Assembly: GCA_965240325.2 (NCBI GenBank)
Contig: OZ251247.1
Coordinates: 310,001 to 374,000 of the forward strand
Source of the DNA: Rebecca billardiae RCC1528
Taxonomy: Eukaryota > Protista > Haptophyta
Direction of reading: 5' to 3'
DNA length: 64,000 nt
Part shown: positions 57,108 through 64,000 of the stretch, one piece after another
Layout of the letters: each line of letters opens with the position of its first letter
Numbering within the stretch: position 1 is the stretch's first letter
The notes under the pieces: generated by a model
The model's input: the letters and a program-made list of their open reading frames with translations, nothing else
The model's database searches: none
Told to the model about the DNA's origin: nothing
Program-made: the position numbers and the translations under genes

Positions 57108-58470
57108 CTCTTCACTCTTGCGAAGAGTGCCAGCGGGACTGAGGAGTAGGACGGATTAGGAAGACCACTACTCGGACTACTGCCCGTACTGGGTGGCACG
57201 GCCTGGTGGTGATGAGCATTGTCGCTTGAGGCGGCTTGCTGAGCCTTGATAGTAGTTGATCAGCACGACAGTATCGATCATCTAGTATCATATATGATAC
57301 GCCTATACGATTATACGAGGCGCCGCGTGACGACTGATGACGACGGTCCGCGTGGCGGCGGCGTGCGGCCGGACGCCGCTGCGCGCCCGCGCGGCCGTGC
57401 CGGTATAGACGGTAGTCGGGTGCCACTGGTACTGAGTGACTCTTGTCAGGCATGGCATGGCAGTCTGGCAGTTGTGTCGGCAGACAGGCATTCACTTCAT
57501 GGGACGCATGCAGAGCGGCACTGAACTGGGCCACTGAGTGTGACAACGGACGTCACCGCCGGCCAGCTCTGGCGCGCCGGAGTGAGCGCGGACGCGGCCC
57601 GGCCGACGCGGCAGGCGGCGGGGCCGAGCCCTGCTCAGGACGAGCCGGCGAGCGGGCTGTGCTGCGCGAGGCCGCTCGCGCCGCCGTTCGACGACTGGCG
57701 CCGCCTGGGCGAGAGCATCGCCTCGTCGGGCCATCGCTCGTTGACGAGCGGATCGGCGACGGGGCTGCGCGCCGGGCTGCGCGCCGGCGCGCCGTCCGCG
57801 CCGCCCGTCGCGCCGTCGGGCGGGACGATGCCGAGGGACTCGGAGAGTCGTCGGCGCACGGCGACGCGGATCTGTCGGCGCGCGAGCACCGGCGCGCCGC
57901 CCGCGAGCGCCGCGCCGCCTCCGCCCACCCTGAGCCGCGCGGACGCCGGGCGGCTCGTCGTCGGCGAGCCCAGGAGGCCGTCAGGCAGCAGGTGCGGGTT
58001 GGACGGCTCAGGGGGGGAGGCGGGTGGCGAGTCCGGGGGCGCGTCGTCGGGCGGCGGCGGCGCGGGCGTCGCGATGGGTGGAAGCGGCGCCGGCGGCGGC
58101 TTCGGCTGGCTGCTCATCCGGCGTGCGGGTAGGGGCGAGGGTGTCGCTTGGCGTGAGACGTGATGCGCGTCAAGGGACGCGACGTACTTGTAGATGGGTT
58201 CGCGCGGTCGTCAAAATCAGCGAGGGAGGTACCCGCGAATCCGTATATCATCGGGGCAAAATGTACTCACGTCGCCGCCGATTGGCTGGCGCGCGCGATC
58301 GATCGCGGTTCGGACGCCGGGTAGGTCCCAACTATCTACAACCCAGAAGCCCCTCGCGAATCTACGGGAGAACCGACTCGGCGACGATTGATGAGTTTTG
58401 CATCGGTTCGAGCAGCCAGGCTTCGCCGGATCACCGCGAAAACGGGCCGGATGACCATTTCATCGCCCTA

Positions 58471-59218
58471 CCAACCGGTCCAGACCTCAGGATTATCCTT
58501 AACCTGCACGCCAGTGGGCGGCCCACTGGCGTGCAGGTTAAGGGTTTCGTCAGCTGCGCGCGCTGTGGCGGACGCTCCCGCCGCCACCTCGCTCTCGCCT
58601 TCCGCCGCCAGGGCGAGGCCGCGCGAAGTCCAGTAGATCTTCCGATGGGACGCAGCGGGGCGGTAGCGAAGCGGTGAACTACTGTCGCTTGCGCGTGGCG
58701 CAGCGCTTCGCGCCCTCGCACCTCGACGGTCAGCTGCAGGCCCGCGCGAGCGCGAGCCGGTGTGCCGCCGCCACATTCAGCCAGAGACATGCCGCGCCTT
58801 GCCTGCCGAGGCAGCGAAGAGGCACGCACGTGAAGCCGCTGGGCGCCATGGCGCGCGCCCATGACCGTACTGTCACATGGCTCACGCCGTCCTGGGATGC
58901 GCGCCTCGGGTTGCGCTCAGCGCGCGCATACTTTGCGGGGACGACAGCACGGCTGAAGCCGAGAGGCGGCGCACACGCCCGTGCGGGCTCAAGGCGCCGA
59001 GAAGATGGTCAGACGCGAGTTGCCCGGCGCAGGGCGGCGCAGAAAGGCCCTATGCCTCTGCCCGACCGCGTGCGCCATCGCCGCGTGCACGTCTACGACC
59101 GCGGCGGCGCGGCAGCGGGCGGCGCCTCGCGGCGGATGGCTGTGGCGGGCGCACGCGGCGGGTTTTGATTTTTTCTCATTTTCCGAGTTTCCCAAATCCT
59201 GAGGTCTGGACCGGTTGG
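58471..59218. mobile_element. ~750-bp MITE with perfect 24-bp TIRs
   Basis: CCAACCGGTCCAGACCTCAGGATT (58471-58494) is exactly inverted at 59195-59218. The TSD and superfamily are unresolved. Confidence 0.75.
58503..58537. mobile_element. 35-bp palindrome flanked by TTAA (minimal piggyBac-like remnant?)
   Basis: TTAA|CCTGCACGCCAGTGGGC-G-GCCCACTGGCGTGCAGG|TTAA. Confidence 0.5.
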
Positions 59219-59446
59219 AAGGCATTATCAAGCCCCTTGATGAATCGGTAAATGACTACGGATGAAGTTTGGCGCCATTTGGCGCCAATTGCTGAATTGC
59301 ACACACATCAGCTGGTGGCATCGAAGTTCATTGACTAAATGACTAATAAGGAGAATCTGCATACCCCGGGTACGTCCGGGGAAGTGTTTATCAACGGGAT
59401 TGCGGGCGGGCGTCTACTGCCACAGCGAGCGCGCCGCGCATTGCCG

Positions 59447-60955
59447 TCACAACAAGCGCACCGCGCATTGCCGTTGATGGAGAGGCGGCAGCTGCTCGAT
59501 GCGCGTGGGCGCGGAGAGATCGCGCTGCGGCCAGTCGGCCGCGCTCCTGCCGTGGCCGAGCGCTGCCGAGTGCTTGCCGCACGAGTGGACGCAGCCGTCC
59601 TCCGTGGCGTGTAGCGCGTGGTCGTAGCCGAGCGCACAGCTGAGCACGCGTGCGTGCGCAGACGCGGGCACGCGCGTTGGGACGTACTCGCGGGAGCCCC
59701 CGTAGCCGAGCCCCAGCTGGCCGTACTGATTGCTCCCGAACGCGTGCACGCTGCCGTCTGCGCCCAGCACCGCGCTGCTGTAGTAGCCCGCACACGCCCT
59801 TACGGCGCGCACTGTCGACAGAGCGTCGACGCGCTTCGGCACGCTCCGATACGGACCCGCATCGTAGCCAAGAGCACCATCGCACCCACGTCCGAAGGAA
59901 TGCACGCAGCCCACTGCGCCCACCACCAGGCTGTGGTGAGCACCGGCGCTCACGTGCACGGCGCGCACGCCCGCGAGCGACTCGATGCGCCTCGGCGTGC
60001 GCTGATTCCGCTGGTCGCCGTGGCCGAGCGCGCCTCTGCCACCCGCGCCGCACGAATACACGGCGCCGCCGTGCGCAGATAGCAGCAACGTGTGCTCAGC
60101 ACCCGCCGCCACACCACCCACGCGCACGCCGTCCAGCGCCTCGATGCGCGTCGGCTCCCACCGCTCCTCCGTGTCGCCGTGGCCGAGCTGGCTGTAGTAG
60201 TTGTCGCCCCAGCTGTACGCACAGCCAGCGACGGTGAGCGCGAGGCTGTGGTGAAAGCCGGCCGTGATGCAAGCCCAAACCTCGCGCGAGGGCGCGGGCA
60301 CGAACTCGGTCGTGTGCAGCGGCGCCGGGTCCCCCAGCCCGAGCTGGCCGTTACAGTTAAGGCCGCAGCCGTACACGGCGCCGGCCTCGCTCAGCGCGAG
60401 CAGGTGGTACCGGCCTGCTGCGAGAGAGCGCACGCGCACAGCACCTAGCGAGGTGACGCGCGTGGGCACGCGCACGGCCGGAGCGTCCGGATGGCCGTTG
60501 GCCAAATGCGCCCAGTACTCGCCCGTCGGCGCCCCGTCCACCTCGTCCTCCTCCTCCAGCTCGCCGCACGTGTGCAGCCCGCCCTCCGCGTCCACAAACG
60601 CGCTGAAGCCGTCGCCGGCCGCGACGGGGCCCGCGTACGCGCACGCGAGCTCGAGCAAGCGCTCTCGCGCGAACAACTCTTCCGTCCAGCTGAGTACGCC
60701 CGCGGGCAGCATCGCTGGCAGCGCGCGCGCGTGGCCGCGCGCACACGAGCGCTCGCGCAGCGCGTGCTCGACCGCCGAGCGCTCGCCGGGCGCGCCCCGG
60801 AAGAGGCGCGAGGTGGCATTGACGGCGGCGAGGTCGAGCGACGATGAAAGCCGACGCGCGACGCGCTCGATCACCTCTGCGGGCAGGTCGCCGATCTGCA
60901 CCGCCCCCGTCGCTGAGCGCCCCGCGCCACCATTCGTGTGGTGGGCGGCCGCCAT
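59447..60955 (-). CDS. F-box-like / RCC1-repeat protein, copy 13
   Basis: 502 aa. IGDLPAEVIERVARRLSSSLDLAAVNATSRLFR plus RCC1 repeats. Confidence 0.9.
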   Translation of the reverse strand: MAAAHHTNGGAGRSATGAVQIGDLPAEVIERVARRLSSSLDLAAVNATSRLFRGAPGERSAVEHALRERSCARGHARALPAMLPAGVLSWTEELFARERLLELACAYAGPVAAGDGFSAFVDAEGGLHTCGELEEEDEVDGAPTGEYWAHLANGHPDAPAVRVPTRVTSLGAVRVRSLAAGRYHLLALSEAGAVYGCGLNCNGQLGLGDPAPLHTTEFVPAPSREVWACITAGFHHSLALTVAGCAYSWGDNYYSQLGHGDTEERWEPTRIEALDGVRVGGVAAGAEHTLLLSAHGGAVYSCGAGGRGALGHGDQRNQRTPRRIESLAGVRAVHVSAGAHHSLVVGAVGCVHSFGRGCDGALGYDAGPYRSVPKRVDALSTVRAVRACAGYYSSAVLGADGSVHAFGSNQYGQLGLGYGGSREYVPTRVPASAHARVLSCALGYDHALHATEDGCVHSCGKHSAALGHGRSAADWPQRDLSAPTRIEQLPPLHQRQCAVRLL

Positions 60956-61329
60956 CTTTTTGCGTGCTCCTGGTCGAGTTGGCGCTAGTCGCTACGCCGT
61001 GGATACCACTTGTACTCATTCTCCTATATTTTAACGACACTGCTGTATTCGAGTGAACCGCCAACAATAAACTTTGAACTTTCGCCGTTGAGAGCTGAGA
61101 AGGTGTTCTTATTCGATTTTTCGGCAGAGCTGGCCGCTCAATCGCGAAAAGCTTGCCGCTGATTGGCCAGATTGAGGTTTGGAGAGCCCATCTGCATCAT
61201 GACGACTTGTTGAGTGTTTGCTCTTCGGGAAAGAATAATGCGATGCGGGTAACAAAGGACAGAGCAACTACTTGCGACCTCGTTCGCGGCCCGCCGCCCG
61301 ACGACACCAGCCAGCTTGCACGTAGCGCC

Positions 61330-62254
61330 ATGAGCGGTGATGGCGCCTTCAGCTCGGACCCGCGCATCGAGCTGTCTGGCCTCCCGTGGATCGCCATGGC
61401 CGACTTCTACGACTTCGCGCCAGTGAGCGGCTACTGCTGTTGCCCTCCCTGCGCATGCGTCTGCCTCGCCAACGACGTGCAGCGCGGGCGCCACTACGCG
61501 GCCGTCCTCCCAGCGCGGATCGAGATGAACCAGCCCATCGCCCCGTGCCTCTGCCTGACGACTGAGCGATGCATGGTCGACTCGCCGAGCCTGCTCTTCT
61601 ACGACCAACCGCCGAACCGGATCGGCACGTGCTGCTACTGCTGCCCCGCTGTGTGGTGTGGCCATCCAATCGTACGCTCGCAGCGCCGCTCGCTGCAGCG
61701 CGGGCGTTGCACGCACTCGCCGCGCCACACCACTGTGCGCGGCGCTGGCGTCGGCTGCCCCCGACTCCGGGCACTCACGCCGCGTGCCCATCCACAACGC
61801 GCGCGTGCGCACTCCGCCCATTCCTCCGTCTGTCCGGTACCATGCATCGGCTCGTCCGGCATGCACCCCCACTCTCTCCGCGCGCCTCCCGCGTTCGCGG
61901 CACTGCGAGCAGATCTTTGCGAAGAAGACGATGTGCTGCTGCTGCATCGACTGCAGCAGCTGCTACGGCGAGAGTGTCAACGTGTCCCCCTGCACCTGCT
62001 GGGGCTGCCTCAAGATGAAGCTCTGCATTTGCGCCGGTCCGCCCTGCTATGAGTATTGCAGCATGCCCGTGATCACCGGCATGCGGAGCCCGGCAAAGTT
62101 CATGTCCGCTCTCAAGTACGCCACCGAGGAGTACAACACGCGACATGGCCTGAGTGCCGTCGAGGTGGCCGAGTTCCCCGCCTCGGTCGAGAACCGGGTC
62201 TTCGATGCGAGTCGCATCGAGGTGGCAGCTGCTTACATGCAGCGGGTCGTGTAG
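61330..62254 (+). CDS. Cysteine-rich protein of unknown function, 2 exons (~227 aa)
   Basis: Exon 1 is 61330-61671, the intron GTACGC..GCAG is 61672-61912, and exon 2 is 61913-62254, joined in frame. Cys clusters include YCCCPPCAC, TCCYCCP and MCCCCIDCSSC. Confidence 0.72.
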
Positions 62255-63041
62255 CACTACTACTCTACTTACTACTAGTGGGGCGGCCGCTGCATCCGTA
62301 CGCTCGGTCCAAGCGCGCCGCTCAATCTGTCTGCCAGCGGGACGAGTGATCCGTGGGCGCGCCAGCCCTGTCAAGCCACGGGCAGGCGGCGGGCACCGGG
62401 GGCAGGCGCCCCGCGGACTAAACGCGGCTATTAGCCAGTCCGGCACTGTCACGGGGCCGCGCTACCGGTACGGCGCGCCCGGGCGCAGCCGTCTCACAGC
62501 GGAGCCGACGGTCTACGCAGGCTCGTCATCGCGTATTGTCAGTGTCTTCCATCTATATCGGTGCTATCTATATATCGATCTATGTGTGTGTGTCGACGCG
62601 GCGCTCAGCGCGGGCCGCGCGCGGGCCGCGCCACCTGAACCACACTACCACAGCCAGCAGTCGTCAGGTCCGGGCAGCGAGCAGCCGCGTCACCGAGCGC
62701 GCTCAACCGCGCGCCGCTAAGTCGTACTAATAAGAGTGCGCTGCCGATCAATCGGATGCGCGGAGATTAGCAGTAGGCATGTCTAGCTAATAAACCGGCT
62801 ACCCCGCGCGCACTTTATGGTACCGACGTACAGATCCGATTCGCGTGGTGCTGCTGATGGCGCAGTTGCGCGGAGGCCATACTCATCGTCAGTGACGGTA
62901 CGACGACAGTGGCTATGCAACTTGCATCGGCCACGCTGGCTTACGAATGCTAGCGCGCGCGGTGTAAGTTCTGAGTCATCATCGTCGTCGCGCGGCGGTC
63001 CGGTATGTCGTCGTCCGCGCGCGCCGCCGATATATCGTCTG

Positions 63042-63267
<226 letters not shown>

Positions 63268-63608
63268 CGATGCAGATGACAAAAGGTTATACGTACCGTC
63301 AGCGTCATCACGACTGCTCGTGATATCATCAGTCGTGTAGACCTACGGTGTATATAGTCGGCAGCCGCCGCAGCCGCGCGCCGCCGGCGCCGCCGTGGGC
63401 GCGGCCGGAGAGACTGGCACTGTGACCGGCTGGCTAGCGGCTACTATCAGCTGCTATACTACGCTGCTACTCGACCAGACGCAGCGCGGCTCATCAATAA
63501 TCATACTTTATTATTCATCGTCACTACGGTGGTGATGACAGCGCGCGGGCCCGCACCTAAGCTGTGACGGTGCTGCTTATGTGGCGCCCGCCGGTATCAT
63601 CATATTAT

Positions 63609-63809
<201 letters not shown>

Positions 63810-64000
63810 ATATTGTCATATCATCGTGATCGATGTCATGTGCTGTCGTGATATATGATACGCGCGGCGACTGCTGCTACTGATGGCATCACGCGCACGA
63901 GCGACGCCGACAACGAACGTCGTCGATGTGATGACGCAAGGCAGCGCGAGGCGTTGGGCGCGGCGCGCTGTTAGTGGCGTCCGCCGACAGCCGTCACCGC

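Noticed and set aside
57635-58117. Pro-rich 160-aa ORF as a gene
   Set aside because: It is low complexity with no motif, and cannot be distinguished from a chance ORF without transcript data.

Overview
A very GC-rich eukaryotic genomic window with spliceosomal GT/GC-AG introns and interstitial CCCTAA tracts. The style suggests an alga or protist such as a haptophyte (inference only). The dominant feature is an array of 13 intronless paralogues (11 intact, 1 frameshifted, 1 with an in-frame TGA). Each encodes an N-terminal F-box-like motif fused to an RCC1/BLIP-II-type beta-propeller. Their nucleotide scaffold is nearly constant, while the G-x-x-H and G-x-N/G-x-x-G loop positions of every blade are hypervariable. 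Variable segments are shared patchwork-wise between non-adjacent copies, and one variable site carries a perfect palindromic insertion. This looks like a diversifying repertoire of SCF substrate receptors, possibly immune-like. Five of the copies have non-autonomous DNA transposon sequence directly upstream (Mutator-like foldbacks or a piggyBac-like MITE). Other TIR elements include a hAT MITE with a perfect 8-bp TSD nested in a Harbinger-like element, and a 35-bp TTAA-flanked palindrome. Interspersed single-copy genes are a 14-exon importin-alpha, sulfide:quinone oxidoreductase, a sulfotransferase-like protein, a glycosyltransferase/sulfotransferase-like fusion, a RING-CH membrane E3 ligase, an ARP4-like gene whose ATG appears split by an intron, and a Cys-rich protein. 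Most other ORFs in the track are GC-shadow or microsatellite artefacts. All comparisons were done by eye.
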